The notes beneath the pieces were generated by a model, which saw only the letters and a program-made list of their open reading frames with translations, ran no database searches and was not told the origin of the DNA. A stretch of DNA of 63,958 nt, filler included, from an uncultured bacterium (GTDB taxonomy: Bacteria > Hinthialibacterota > Hinthialibacteria > Hinthialibacterales > Hinthialibacteraceae), in assembly GCA_964449065.1 (NCBI GenBank). It is 3 parts of 3 records of this genome, joined end to end, with 100 filler letters (N's around TTAATTAATTAA, not from the genome) between each part and the next. Parts side by side here need not be neighbours in the genome. Positions count along the whole stretch, not along the records: positions 22,816 to 45,342 come from CAYVAZ010000039.1; 2 more parts are not named here. The stretch is one strand, 5' to 3'. Shown piece by piece: positions 31,132 through 41,364 of the stretch (the first letter of the stretch is position 1; every line of letters starts with the position of its first letter). The translations under genes and the position numbers were made by a program.

Positions 31132-31770
31132 ATGTCAGAACTGTTTGGAATGAGCGGCGAACTGCTATTAATAGCGGAAATTTTGATTGTCCTCTTGATT
31201 GTCGTGGCTGCAATTTGGCTGGTACGCAGCAACCGTGTGCAAAAACGGACCGCGGTCAAAACGTCTACGCCACCGGAAACTCCACAAAACTTACAAGATT
31301 TCATTAACAAACAACAATCGGAAAACCCGGGACAGCCGATCAAGTTAGACTTGGGGCAAAGTTCCTATACCTTAGACGAAGGATTGAAATTTAATTCACC
31401 ATTTCACATCAAAGGAAAAGGGCAGAAAAACACGCGGATTATTTCGAAGGGAAACCAGCCCGCTATCCAAATTAGAGACGCAAAAAACTGCTCGATTGAA
31501 GGCGTTCATATAAAAGGGGCTGTGCAATGCAGCAATGGAGAAGTGTTGGTGGAAAACTGCCATATCGACGCCAATGATGAAGGGGTTTGCATAGAGGCTT
31601 ATGATGGTTCCGTGGTTACCTTCAGTGGAACGGTTAGCAGTGATGGCGGAGTTGCCATCCATGCCAAAGGGGATTCAAAAGTGATTTTAAAACCGCCCTA
31701 CACGGTTTCCCCCGATGACTATGTTGTGATAGACCCCCGCAGCAGGGTCTCCGAGCCGGATGAGCAGTAA
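31132..31770 (+). CDS. Membrane-anchored right-handed beta-helix protein
   Basis: N-terminal TM; IKGKG..TRI, CSIEGVHI, VENCHI repeats. Confidence 0.7.
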   Translation: MSELFGMSGELLLIAEILIVLLIVVAAIWLVRSNRVQKRTAVKTSTPPETPQNLQDFINKQQSENPGQPIKLDLGQSSYTLDEGLKFNSPFHIKGKGQKNTRIISKGNQPAIQIRDAKNCSIEGVHIKGAVQCSNGEVLVENCHIDANDEGVCIEAYDGSVVTFSGTVSSDGGVAIHAKGDSKVILKPPYTVSPDDYVVIDPRSRVSEPDEQ

Positions 31771-31818
31771 GATGAGCAGTAAGATGAGCAGTAAGATGAG
31801 CAGTAAGATGAGCAGTAA
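31759..31818 (+). repeat. Perfect 12-bp tandem repeat (GATGAGCAGTAA) x5
   Basis: Five identical units read directly; the first contains the stop codon of ORF 31132. Confidence 0.97.
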
Positions 31819-31896
31819 ATTGTGTGAAAAACGATTTTCCGGTTGACAGATTTCAATGCAGCCGCATTGAATTGGTCCAGTAGAAACAGTTACTTA

Positions 31897-32167
31897 CTGA
31901 TGTTACGCAAAAGGGAAAAGATAGTTCATGTTGAAATTGAAGTCTATTGAAAGCCCTTTATTTTCCGTACGACTACCGTCTTCTCCCTTTGGGTGAAGAT
32001 AAGAGATGAGGGCGAAGAGAGCGATTGCTCCCTACTACTCAGTAGCGTACAAAAAAAGAGGATTGTCTCCCTAAACCCTCACCCCTACCCTCTCCCGGTG
32101 GGCGAGGGTGATAGATACAGCGGTAAATTAGAATAACGGACATATCATTACGTATGCGTAACATGAG
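31897..32167. mobile_element. MITE (271 bp) with 13-bp TIRs and 7-bp target duplication
   Basis: CTGATGTTACGCA ... TGCGTAACATGAG (1 mismatch), flanked by TTACTTA at 31890-31896 and 32168-32174; no ORF inside. Confidence 0.85.
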
Positions 32168-32243
32168 TTACTTATTTTCTATTGAATTCGTTCCAAAACT
32201 ATGGTTAGATCATACTCAATTTTACTGAAATAAAGGAAAACAA

Positions 32244-33176
32244 ATGAAAACAGTTTTGCAAAGCGTACTCATCATATTCATTTTTGTCGGCTACATGCAA
32301 GCGGCAGAAGAAAGAGAATTATGGTTAACCGATTTTGATGAAGCCCAGGCTCTAGCCAAAAAATCGGATAAAGATATTTTCCTGCTCTTTACCGGGTCGG
32401 ATTGGTGCCCGCCTTGCCAGATGCTGCACTCGCAAATTTTGTCCAAAGAGGAATTTGAGAAAAACGTGCGGGATGACTTCGTCTTGGTGAAAGCCGACTT
32501 TCCCCGCAACAATGAACAAAGCGCGGAACTGAAAGCTCGCAACCGCCAACTGCAAAACCAATTCGCCGAATATGGATTTTCCGGCTATCCCACCGTATTT
32601 TTGTGTGAAGAATCCGGGGAACCCTACCATATGGAAGTCGGACCGTGGGGGGATTCGGTGCAGGCGTATTTGGATTTTTTAACGGGCAAAAAAGAGTTTA
32701 TCACCGGCATTCATACGCTGCTGAAAGAGATGGAAACGAATCCCAAAGAAACGGCCGAAAAACTGGATCAATTATTTGAAACCGTAGACTTTGAAGTGGT
32801 GATGAACAATTACAAGGATGAGATGCAATTAATTATAGACGCGGTAGATCAAACGCATCCCTTGCATGTGAAATATTCCCGCTATCTTCAGTTTAATGAT
32901 ACGGTCGAAAAAGCCTTGCAGTTTTACACCCAAGAAGAACACACACTCCGTGAAAAAGAAACGTATCTTGAAAAACAACTGGCGGATGCCAACATTACCA
33001 AGCCCGAACGGCAACTCATGCATTTTTTGTATGCGGTAACCTATCATGAAGAAAAACAGATAGACAAAGCGGTTGAGCATTTAAAGAAGGCCATTGCAGC
33101 CTATCCCCATTCACGCAAAGCGGTTGAATTTCAAGGATTTTTAGAAACCATGCTAGCACAGCAGCAGTCCAATTAG
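32244..33176 (+). CDS. Exported thioredoxin-family protein with C-terminal TPR
   Basis: Signal peptide, FTGSDWCPPC, GYPT, TPR-like tail. Confidence 0.88.
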   Translation: MKTVLQSVLIIFIFVGYMQAAEERELWLTDFDEAQALAKKSDKDIFLLFTGSDWCPPCQMLHSQILSKEEFEKNVRDDFVLVKADFPRNNEQSAELKARNRQLQNQFAEYGFSGYPTVFLCEESGEPYHMEVGPWGDSVQAYLDFLTGKKEFITGIHTLLKEMETNPKETAEKLDQLFETVDFEVVMNNYKDEMQLIIDAVDQTHPLHVKYSRYLQFNDTVEKALQFYTQEEHTLREKETYLEKQLADANITKPERQLMHFLYAVTYHEEKQIDKAVEHLKKAIAAYPHSRKAVEFQGFLETMLAQQQSN

Positions 33177-33937
33177 GGCGTTTGCTCAAAGTCGACCAAA
33201 CGGCTTTCGGATGTGTGTCCGGTTCCGATAAAGTCTCCTTCTTGGATGGCTGGCTCGACCTCGATTGTTTCCAACACAAACCAAGCGAGTTGATCGCACC
33301 AGTAGGTGTTTTCTTTGGCGCTGAACTGGGTGGTTGTGTTTTGAAATTGATACGTGATTTTGGTTTCGGAAACAAAATGCCGGCATAAATAGGCGCCGGC
33401 TTCGGTGACAATGCGTTCATCGCGAACACGTTTAGTCGTTCGCGTGAGATTGATCATCCCATAATCTTGACCGGTTTGAGGATTGGTGATGGACACTTCC
33501 GATTCCTCGGTTTTTTCTTGATCCACCTTCAACTCGAGATGGCGGTCGGATAGGGGGGGATTGTATTTGTAAACCGCCTGGGCTGCATCGCTGCGTGAAA
33601 GTTGCCGGTGGAGTTTATAGTCTGGGGCGTAGATGCTGATTTGACTGTCGCCGTCTGCGGAAAAGGTTTCTTCAATCAGCCAATAGATTTTTTTTTTCTC
33701 TTCTTGCGATCCGATTACGCGTACCAAGCGCGTGCCGCTGGCATCCACTTCGCTCTCGCCCCAAGGCCGCGGCCCGGTATGTTGATAGCGAAACCATTGG
33801 CCGGTTTTCGGCGGTTCAGGAACCTCATCCAGCGTATACGGCTCATCATCCCGTATGCCGGATATCCCGCATGAATACGGAAAAAGTAGAATGACAACAA
33901 AAAGAAACATAAAAAGAAAATGGAATAGTATCCTCAT
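33173..33937 (-). CDS. Putative lipoprotein
   Basis: Hydrophobic leader ending PYSC; TEAGAYLCRH..YWC C-terminal beta motif. Confidence 0.7.
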   Translation of the reverse strand: MRILFHFLFMFLFVVILLFPYSCGISGIRDDEPYTLDEVPEPPKTGQWFRYQHTGPRPWGESEVDASGTRLVRVIGSQEEKKKIYWLIEETFSADGDSQISIYAPDYKLHRQLSRSDAAQAVYKYNPPLSDRHLELKVDQEKTEESEVSITNPQTGQDYGMINLTRTTKRVRDERIVTEAGAYLCRHFVSETKITYQFQNTTTQFSAKENTYWCDQLAWFVLETIEVEPAIQEGDFIGTGHTSESRLVDFEQTP

Positions 33938-34017
33938 GACGCTCTCTTATTCTTGCAAACTGGATTTACAGTGTAGGATAACCGTGATCAATTCATTTCA
34001 CAATTACAGATTTTGAT

Positions 34018-35247
34018 ATGAACATAGAATTAACCGTTACATCGCTTTCCACCAGTGGTGAAGGAATTGCCAGGAAGGAAGGCAAGGTTGTGTTTCTTCC
34101 ATTTACACTGCCGGGGGAGAGGTGGGAAGTTGAAATGGTTGACTCCAAAAAGACATTCAACCGGGGGCACCCGGTTCAACGTATTTCTACTGGCGATCCC
34201 CTTCCGATTCAAAGAGTAGAGCCAAGATGTCCGTATTTCACTCAATGCGGGGGATGCCATTTGCAGCATATTTCTCATCAGCAACAACTGGAATTCAAAC
34301 GGGAATGGTTGCGGGAGACGTTTAAACGGATCGGACATATTAAACTGGACCCCAATCCGTTGATTTCAGCTTCGGCTTGGGAATACCGGAACAAGACGAC
34401 GTTTTCATTGATCGAGCAGAATGGGAAAATTCAGTTGGCTTTTCACAGAATCCACTATCCAAATCGACACATCCCTGTCCAAGATTGCTGGATCAGCAAT
34501 GCCATAATTCGAAAAGCGGTGCCGATCATCCTGGATTCTTTCCAGCAGGTGAAAATGCGGCTGCGAACATACCAATCTCCACAGCAGCCGGAATCGAAAA
34601 TGACCCTACGTTCCCATGATGGAAATTTGGTGGTGGGGGTAGCGAATGTCGAAATCGAATATCCGGTATGGCAATCTTGGTGTTCCAATTTAAAGGAGAG
34701 ACTGCCGGAACTCAAAACCATCGATAAAGAGGATCAAGACGAAGCGTTTGAACAGATCAATTTGTCCGTGAAACAGCAACTCTATGATTGGATTTGCGCG
34801 TTGCCGTTTCAAAGCAACGGTTCTTTGTTGGACGGCTATTGCGGACAAGGAGAGTTATCGCTGCGGCTGGGAAACGTGTTTCAGAAGGCGGTGGGTGTGG
34901 AAATCAATCCGCAAGCAATTCAATTGGCGCGCTCGCGTGCGGCGCGGCAAAAAAAGCGGACGGTGCAATTCCATGCGGAACCGTTGGAAGGCTTTCTTAA
35001 GAACAACAGCCAAGCCTTTGATTGTATTGTATTGAATCCCCCCCGGGCCGGATTATCGAAAGCCGTGCGGCGGCAGTTGCTGCAACAAAGACCCGCGGAA
35101 ATCGTCATGATTTCTTGTCATCCTGCTGCTTTGGCACGGGATACAGTTGGCCTGTTGGATGGGGGGTACCGGATTCAATCCGTGCAGCCGTTCGATATGT
35201 TTCCGCAAACGTATCATACCGAAACCGTGGTTCATTACATCCGGTAA
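34018..35247 (+). CDS. RlmD/TrmA family RNA (uracil-C5)-methyltransferase
   Basis: TRAM domain, CPYFTQCGGC Fe-S motif, YRNK, YCGQG, PPRAG, ISCHP, DMFPQT.H.E. Confidence 0.9.
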   Translation: MNIELTVTSLSTSGEGIARKEGKVVFLPFTLPGERWEVEMVDSKKTFNRGHPVQRISTGDPLPIQRVEPRCPYFTQCGGCHLQHISHQQQLEFKREWLRETFKRIGHIKLDPNPLISASAWEYRNKTTFSLIEQNGKIQLAFHRIHYPNRHIPVQDCWISNAIIRKAVPIILDSFQQVKMRLRTYQSPQQPESKMTLRSHDGNLVVGVANVEIEYPVWQSWCSNLKERLPELKTIDKEDQDEAFEQINLSVKQQLYDWICALPFQSNGSLLDGYCGQGELSLRLGNVFQKAVGVEINPQAIQLARSRAARQKKRTVQFHAEPLEGFLKNNSQAFDCIVLNPPRAGLSKAVRRQLLQQRPAEIVMISCHPAALARDTVGLLDGGYRIQSVQPFDMFPQTYHTETVVHYIR

Positions 35248-35587
35248 ATCGTGAACGTTTCATCAGATGGTTCAGTGCACTTCTGCGTTTCGCCTGCATC
35301 AAATATAATTGTTCTATACCAAAATCACTTTGAATTCTTGAGTGTGAAAACGGCTATAGATTCCATTCGTGGATACGGAACGCCCCGTCTGCAAGGCCAT
35401 TCGAATGGCGGGTGGTATAGTAGGAAATTATTCTCCTGTTGTGTTTATACGGGTTAACCTCTTTTGATGTGATGTTACCCTTACTCAACAGAAAGACAGT
35501 CGAAGTAATTTTGAAGCGATGGTGTGGTTTGCTTGCAAATCGCCGCCATCGCTCATTCTTTAGTAATTCGAAAAAGGAGCCGCAACG

Positions 35588-36982
35588 TTGAAAATTTTGG
35601 AACAGTCTGAACCCTATGCATGCACCAAACAGTTGAAGATTGAAATTCAGCAGGATGAAGTGACATCTGAATTGGATGATGTGTTCAAAAACTTTATGCT
35701 GCATGCCAACATTCCTGGATTCCGTAAGGGAAAGGTGCCCCGAAAAATCGCGGAAATGCGCTATGGGAAAGACTTGTACAATGAAGCCGTTGGAAAAGCG
35801 ATGGAGGCGGCTTACAAAGAAGCGTTGGACGAGTTAGACATCACGCCGATCTCTCAACCCGATATTGAACCGGTGAAAGAAGACGGCGAAGAGAAAAAAG
35901 AAGGCGGCGAATTGTTCGACCGGTCTAAACCCATCGTCTTCGAAGCGAAAGTGGAATATGTGCCGGAACCGGAATCGGTGGAATACAAAGATATTCGAGT
36001 GGAACCCAGTTCCAACGAAGTTTCCGAAAAAGAGGTAAACGAAACGCTTCAGAATATGCGGGAACAAAACGCTTCACTGATAACGGTTGATGACCGGCCG
36101 GTGAGTGATCATGATATCGTAACCATCTCATCCAAAGCCACGGTGGATGGGGAGCCGTTTCTGGAAGCCACTCACGAGGAAGTGCAGGTACAAGTCGGTT
36201 CCGACCGCTACATTCCGGGGTTTGAAGATCAACTCCGCGGCATGAAGTTGGATGAAGAAAAATCATTCACGCTGACGATTCCGGATAATTACCCTACTGA
36301 AAAAGCGCGCGGAAAAGAAGCGGATTTTGAAATTAAAGTCAAACAAATCCAAGAACAAAAATTGCCGGAATTGGATGATGATTTTGCCAAAGATTTAGGC
36401 GCGTTTGAAACGTTAGATGAACTAAAAAACCGGATCCGGGAAGACATGGAAAACAATATAGAACAGCGCCGCCGCCAAGAAATTTTGCAGGGGGTACGTG
36501 AGCAGTTGCTGCAAAAGAATGCGTTGGATGTGCCGCCCAGCATGGTGCAGCGTCAAAATGAATATTTGCAGCGCATGGTGGATGCCGATTTGCAGCGCTA
36601 TGGCACAACCTTTCGCGAAGCCGCCCAACGCGATCAAGGGCTTTTTGCGGAGTATGAAAAACGCGCGCAAGATGATGTAAAAATAACCATTCTTCTCAAA
36701 GCCATCGCGGATGAAGAAGGTTTGGAAGTGGATGACGAAGAATTCGCTCAATTCATTCAAAAAACCGCGCAGCAAAGCGGTGTCGACCCGGAGATGTTTT
36801 TAAAACAAATTCAAGAAAAACAGATGGAAGATCATTTTCGTCATGAAGCGCTGGAAGAAAAAGTGATGAATTGGCTTGTGGAAAGAGCCGTACCGGCTGA
36901 AAGCCAATCCCAAAAAATCAACCCTGAAAATGCCCTCACGAACGCGGAAGCAGCTAAAGAAAAAACAAACGATGAAGATTAA
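35588..36982 (+). CDS. tig: Trigger factor
   Basis: IPGFRKGKVP, YIPGFEDQL, LPELDDDFAK; upstream of clpP. Confidence 0.95.
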   Translation: MKILEQSEPYACTKQLKIEIQQDEVTSELDDVFKNFMLHANIPGFRKGKVPRKIAEMRYGKDLYNEAVGKAMEAAYKEALDELDITPISQPDIEPVKEDGEEKKEGGELFDRSKPIVFEAKVEYVPEPESVEYKDIRVEPSSNEVSEKEVNETLQNMREQNASLITVDDRPVSDHDIVTISSKATVDGEPFLEATHEEVQVQVGSDRYIPGFEDQLRGMKLDEEKSFTLTIPDNYPTEKARGKEADFEIKVKQIQEQKLPELDDDFAKDLGAFETLDELKNRIREDMENNIEQRRRQEILQGVREQLLQKNALDVPPSMVQRQNEYLQRMVDADLQRYGTTFREAAQRDQGLFAEYEKRAQDDVKITILLKAIADEEGLEVDDEEFAQFIQKTAQQSGVDPEMFLKQIQEKQMEDHFRHEALEEKVMNWLVERAVPAESQSQKINPENALTNAEAAKEKTNDED

Positions 36983-37018
36983 TTTAAACCGAAGGATACC
37001 GGAAATGGAGGTAGCACT

Positions 37019-37663
37019 GTGGTATTAGTACCAATGGTAGTAGAACAAACAAACCGGGGAGAGCGCGCGTATGATATCTATTCACGTCTGCTAAAAGACC
37101 GGATTATTTTTATCGGAACGCCGATCGATGATCATATAGCCAACTTGGTGATTGCACAGTTACTGTTTTTACAGGCGGAAGATCCGGAAAAGGATATTCA
37201 GGTTTATGTGAACAGCCCGGGCGGATCGATCAGTGCCGGGTTGGCAATCTATGACACGATGCAGTATGTGCGCCCCGATGTCGTGACTACATGCATGGGT
37301 ATGGCGGCAAGTATGGGCGCGGTGTTGCTTGCTGCCGGCACCGCCGGCAAACGGTTTGCTTTGCCCAATTCACGCATTATGATCCATCAACCGCTTGGCG
37401 GTTTTCAAGGCCAGGCATCCGATATCGAAATTCGCGCGCGGGAAATTCTTAAAATGAAAGAGCGGTTATACGAGATTTTGGCGCATCATACCGGCCAGAC
37501 TGTAGAAAAAATCGAGCAAGATTCGGATCGCGATTACTTTATGTCTGCCGAAGAAGCCAGTAAATACGGTGTCATCGATCAAGTCTATTCATCGCAAAAG
37601 CAATTGGATAAAAAAATTCAAGAGGTCAATGAAAGCGAAGAGAAAAAAGACGATTCAAAATAG
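37019..37663 (+). CDS. clpP: ATP-dependent Clp protease proteolytic subunit
   Basis: [29 protein letters not shown]. Confidence 0.97.
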   Translation: MVLVPMVVEQTNRGERAYDIYSRLLKDRIIFIGTPIDDHIANLVIAQLLFLQAEDPEKDIQVYVNSPGGSISAGLAIYDTMQYVRPDVVTTCMGMAASMGAVLLAAGTAGKRFALPNSRIMIHQPLGGFQGQASDIEIRAREILKMKERLYEILAHHTGQTVEKIEQDSDRDYFMSAEEASKYGVIDQVYSSQKQLDKKIQEVNESEEKKDDSK

Positions 37664-37741
37664 CAGGAAACCGATTTAAATTTAACAGAATTTTTGTTAT
37701 ACTATTAAATCACAACGGATTTTGTTTATAGAGAGAGTTTT

Positions 37742-38998
37742 ATGGATTATACGATTAAAAATAAGCCGCTGTATTGTTCGTTTTGCGGAAAGCATCAAGA
37801 CGAAGTAAAGAAATTAATCGCCGGGCCACCGCAAAAGCACACATCCCAACCTGCTTATATCTGTGATGAGTGTGTTGCTTTGTGCAATAGTGTGTTGGAA
37901 GAAGAAGTGGAAGTTGAATTGCGCGAGAATCTCAAACCAAAAGAGATTAAAGACGCATTGGATCAATATATTATTGGGCAGGAACTCCCCAAAAAAACCG
38001 TGGCGGTTTCGGTGCACAATCATTTTAAACGCATCCGCTATCACGAAGCGGTCAACAATGATGTCGATTTGCAAAAAAGCAATATTCTCATGATCGGCCC
38101 GACCGGTTCCGGAAAAACCTATATCGCCCAAACCTTGGCAAAAATTCTGAATATTCCGTTTACCATTGTGGATGCCACCACCTTAACCGAAGCCGGCTAT
38201 GTCGGCGAAGATGTGGAAAACATTATCCTCAAACTACTCATGGCCACCGGGTATCAAGTGGATAAAGCCGAAAAAGGCATTATTTATATCGATGAAATTG
38301 ATAAAATCGCCCGCACAACCCAAAACGTTTCGATTACCCGTGACGTTTCCGGCGAAGGCGTGCAGCAGGCGCTCTTAAAAATTATCGAGGGCACCATCTG
38401 CAATGTGCCGCCGCAAGGAGGCCGAAAACATCCGCAGCAAGAGTTTATTCAAGTCAATACGCAGGATATTTTATTTGTCTGCGGCGGGGCGTTTGTGGGA
38501 TTGGACAAAATCATCGAGCGTCGTATCGGCAAACGCGTGATCGGGTTCGGCGCTTCCGAACAAGGCCCGGTCGCCATTGACGAAGACAACTTGATGACGC
38601 TTGTCGAGCCGGAAGATTTGTTGAAATTCGGCATGATTCCCGAATTCATCGGACGGTTTGCCTCCTTAACCGCATTGGATGAATTGGATTTGCAGGCTCT
38701 TCTCAACATATTGAGCAAACCCAAAAACGCGCTCTGTAAGCAATATCAAAAGTTATTTGAATTGGAAGGCGTGAAACTGGAATTCACCGAGGACGCGCTT
38801 GCGGAAGTGGCCGCTAAAGCCATGGAACGCAAAACCGGGGCGCGAGGATTGCGCGCGATCTTGGAAAAATCGATGATGAATATCATGTACGAATTGCCGT
38901 CAATGTCAGGCGTGTCGAAGTGCATCATTACGAAGGATGTGATTGTAAACGAATCCGAACCATTGTTGGTATATGAAGACCAAGAGGAAACCGCTTAA
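37742..38998 (+). CDS. clpX: ATP-dependent Clp protease ATP-binding subunit
   Basis: CSFCGK..ICDEC zinc finger, [29 protein letters not shown]. Confidence 0.97.
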   Translation: MDYTIKNKPLYCSFCGKHQDEVKKLIAGPPQKHTSQPAYICDECVALCNSVLEEEVEVELRENLKPKEIKDALDQYIIGQELPKKTVAVSVHNHFKRIRYHEAVNNDVDLQKSNILMIGPTGSGKTYIAQTLAKILNIPFTIVDATTLTEAGYVGEDVENIILKLLMATGYQVDKAEKGIIYIDEIDKIARTTQNVSITRDVSGEGVQQALLKIIEGTICNVPPQGGRKHPQQEFIQVNTQDILFVCGGAFVGLDKIIERRIGKRVIGFGASEQGPVAIDEDNLMTLVEPEDLLKFGMIPEFIGRFASLTALDELDLQALLNILSKPKNALCKQYQKLFELEGVKLEFTEDALAEVAAKAMERKTGARGLRAILEKSMMNIMYELPSMSGVSKCIITKDVIVNESEPLLVYEDQEETA

Positions 38999-39120
38999 TT
39001 CCCTGCCGGTGATATTCCCCCTCTTTTGTCCACAGGCGATTTTCACGGACATTTTTGTACCAAACCGTGTTTATTGGTTATAATATTTACTACCATCTAA
39101 CAAAGCAGGCAGGTTACCCT

Positions 39121-39657
39121 ATGTTTAAAGTTGGAGACGTTGTCGTAAAATCCGGAATGGGCATCTGCCGCATTAAGGCGCTTCAATCTCTCACCGTTGA
39201 AGGGACAGAGAAGAACTTGTACGTACTGCAAGCCGGCGAAGTCAAAGTAATGATCCCCTGTGACAAAGCGCATGCTGGAGCGCTGCGTCCCATCCTCACC
39301 CCGGAAAAAATTGAAGAACTGGAGTCGTTCCTGCGCGCGGCGTTCCCGCTGCCCGGCGAATACGAAAAAGAAGACCCCGAACAATATTCTGTGGACCCTG
39401 GGGCGGCGTTCGATACGGTCAAACATCGCGAACCGCAAGGAACTTGTGATATCATCCACAAACTCTTTTACAAAAGCAAGCTGGTAAAATTGACGGATAC
39501 GGAAGAGAAAATTTACAAAGAAGCCATGAAAGTATTGTGCGAAGAGATTGCTCATGTACAGCATACAACTCGTCAAAAAGTAAACGCGCAATTAAAAAAA
39601 GTACTCACGGAAGGCCGCCAATCACGTAAAGACTGGAAACCACAGCCCTCGACTTAA
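39121..39657 (+). CDS. CarD family transcriptional regulator
   Basis: MFKVGDVVV..GMGICRI..VMIP..LRP RNAP-interacting domain plus helical C-terminus. Confidence 0.8.
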   Translation: MFKVGDVVVKSGMGICRIKALQSLTVEGTEKNLYVLQAGEVKVMIPCDKAHAGALRPILTPEKIEELESFLRAAFPLPGEYEKEDPEQYSVDPGAAFDTVKHREPQGTCDIIHKLFYKSKLVKLTDTEEKIYKEAMKVLCEEIAHVQHTTRQKVNAQLKKVLTEGRQSRKDWKPQPST

Positions 39658-39662
39658 AGGGA

Positions 39663-39770
39663 TTATGTTGATAGCCGCATCGAAAAATCCATACACTGGA
39701 ACGAATGGGTTTACGATCCGGCAGAAATGTAATCCACACCGGTTTCGGCTATGCCTGCCACGGTTTCCAT
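39663..39770 (-). pseudogene. Displaced 3' fragment of nadC
   Basis: Translates METVAGIAETGVDYISAGS*THSFQCMDFSMRLST*, matching the nadC C-terminus; 26 bp (39670-39695) identical to 43595-43620. Confidence 0.88.
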
Positions 39771-40079
39771 CCTATGGGTTGAGACTGTCCGTGAAACCCA
39801 CCATTGCGGCCCGTCCTGCCATTCTATCTACTATCAATATCTCAAACATCCAACCTCCATTTAATTGTGAATAGCGGTATCTTATCCGTCTCCACTGTTG
39901 ACAAAGCTGCATAAATGCAAATTATCCATACTACCTGCCAATAAACCGAAGAGCACAAGTTCTATCATAAACAATATTGAAACAGTAATAGAAAATTAAC
40001 TGACATATCCAATAAATTGATATATATTGAGAAAGACATTAACAGAGAAGAGGGATGAATCGTTGTACCAACAATAGGG

Positions 40080-41075
40080 TTGCTTTCTGTAGGGGAAGAA
40101 AGGATGCTGGTTGGAAAGACTGCGGCATTTCGCACTATCCGTAAAGAAATTAAAACCATTGCCGCAATGAACACTCATTGCACTACTGTAGTCATCAGCG
40201 GGGAATCGGGCAGCGGAAAAGAAGTCGTTGCCCGGGAGATTCACGCGCTCGCGTCACTAAAGAAACCACTCCCTTTTGCGGCGGTCAACTGCTCCACCAT
40301 CGGCCGTGATGTGTTTGAAAGCGAAATGTTCGGACACCGGAAGGGCGCTTTTACCGGTGCGGATTCGGACAAAGAGGGGCTGGTTCACTCCGCGCTGGAT
40401 GGGGTGTTGTTTCTGGATGAAATCGGCGATTTTCCCTTGCAGCAGCAGCCCAAACTCCTGCGGGTGCTGCAAGAACACAAAGTCCGTCGGGTGGGCGCCA
40501 TGGAAGAAGAGGATATCTTCATCCGCTTTGTCATCTCGGCCACCCACCGTTCGCTGCCGGATATGGTCAAAGAGGGATTGTTCCGTCAGGATTTATGGTA
40601 CCGCATCAGCACGCATGTCATCACTCTGCCCCCGCTGCGCGAACATAAGGAAGACATCCCCCTGCTGATAGAGCATTTCCTGCAACAAAAAGGGCTGGAA
40701 AAGCCTGTGACGCTGCATGAAGATACCCTGGTAAGGCTGCAGGAGCATTCCTGGCCCGGCAATGTGCGGGAACTGCACAATATCATGGAGCGCGCGTTAC
40801 TGAAAAAACCGCAAGGGGTCATCCTGCCGGAGGATTTGAAATTCGACTCGGACATCTATGGTAATTCCCCGGATGTTCAACTGCAATTCGACCCGGACAG
40901 CATCACGCTGCCTGAACTCAAAACCAAAGTGGAAGAAGAATATCTCCGCAAGCTGGGAGAGAAATATGGGTGGAATGCTTCACTCATGGCGAATCATTCA
41001 GGGTGTTCTTCAAGGACGATTTACCGTTTGTTGGAGAAATATCCCTTGTCAGGCAAAAAGAAAAAGAATAAATAA
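40080..41075 (+). CDS. Sigma54-dependent enhancer-binding protein without N-terminal sensor domain
   Basis: GESGSGKE, GAFTGA, LFLDEIG, FRQDLWYR, WPGNVREL, C-terminal Fis-type HTH; start uncertain. Confidence 0.9.
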   Translation: MLSVGEERMLVGKTAAFRTIRKEIKTIAAMNTHCTTVVISGESGSGKEVVAREIHALASLKKPLPFAAVNCSTIGRDVFESEMFGHRKGAFTGADSDKEGLVHSALDGVLFLDEIGDFPLQQQPKLLRVLQEHKVRRVGAMEEEDIFIRFVISATHRSLPDMVKEGLFRQDLWYRISTHVITLPPLREHKEDIPLLIEHFLQQKGLEKPVTLHEDTLVRLQEHSWPGNVRELHNIMERALLKKPQGVILPEDLKFDSDIYGNSPDVQLQFDPDSITLPELKTKVEEEYLRKLGEKYGWNASLMANHSGCSSRTIYRLLEKYPLSGKKKKNK

Positions 41076-41304
41076 CTGCTGTAGCTTCGATACAAGAAAA
41101 TGAATAGATATGTGACATTTTTGGCGAAATAGGTGACAGAATTAGCAATGAATAAAATTATAAATATACAAGATAGTTACGTAAGATAATTTGAAGAAAA
41201 CCGTAAATAGTAGTGACAAATATGACAAAAATCGAAGAAAACCTTTTGCACATAAAATTACGTAATATGCTGTATTATAATCAGTTATATAGTTATATTG
41301 ATTA

Positions 41305-41319
41305 TGGCATAGATGTTGT
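41305..41319 (+). promoter_or_regulatory. Putative sigma54 -24/-12 promoter
   Basis: TGGCAT-N5-TTGT (GT instead of GC at -12), downstream of four TGACA motifs and directly after the activator gene. Confidence 0.6.
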
Positions 41320-41364
41320 TTACTAATATAAAAGTTCGAAAAGAAAATATAAGGAGTAATTGTT

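Noticed and set aside
31759..31818. Possible CRISPR array
   Set aside because: Units are directly adjacent 12-mers with no spacers; no cas genes, and no repeat-spacer array was noticed anywhere in the window
39663..39770. DGR template/variable repeat pair with the nadC 3' end
   Set aside because: No reverse transcriptase nearby, and mismatches are largely synonymous and not restricted to adenines
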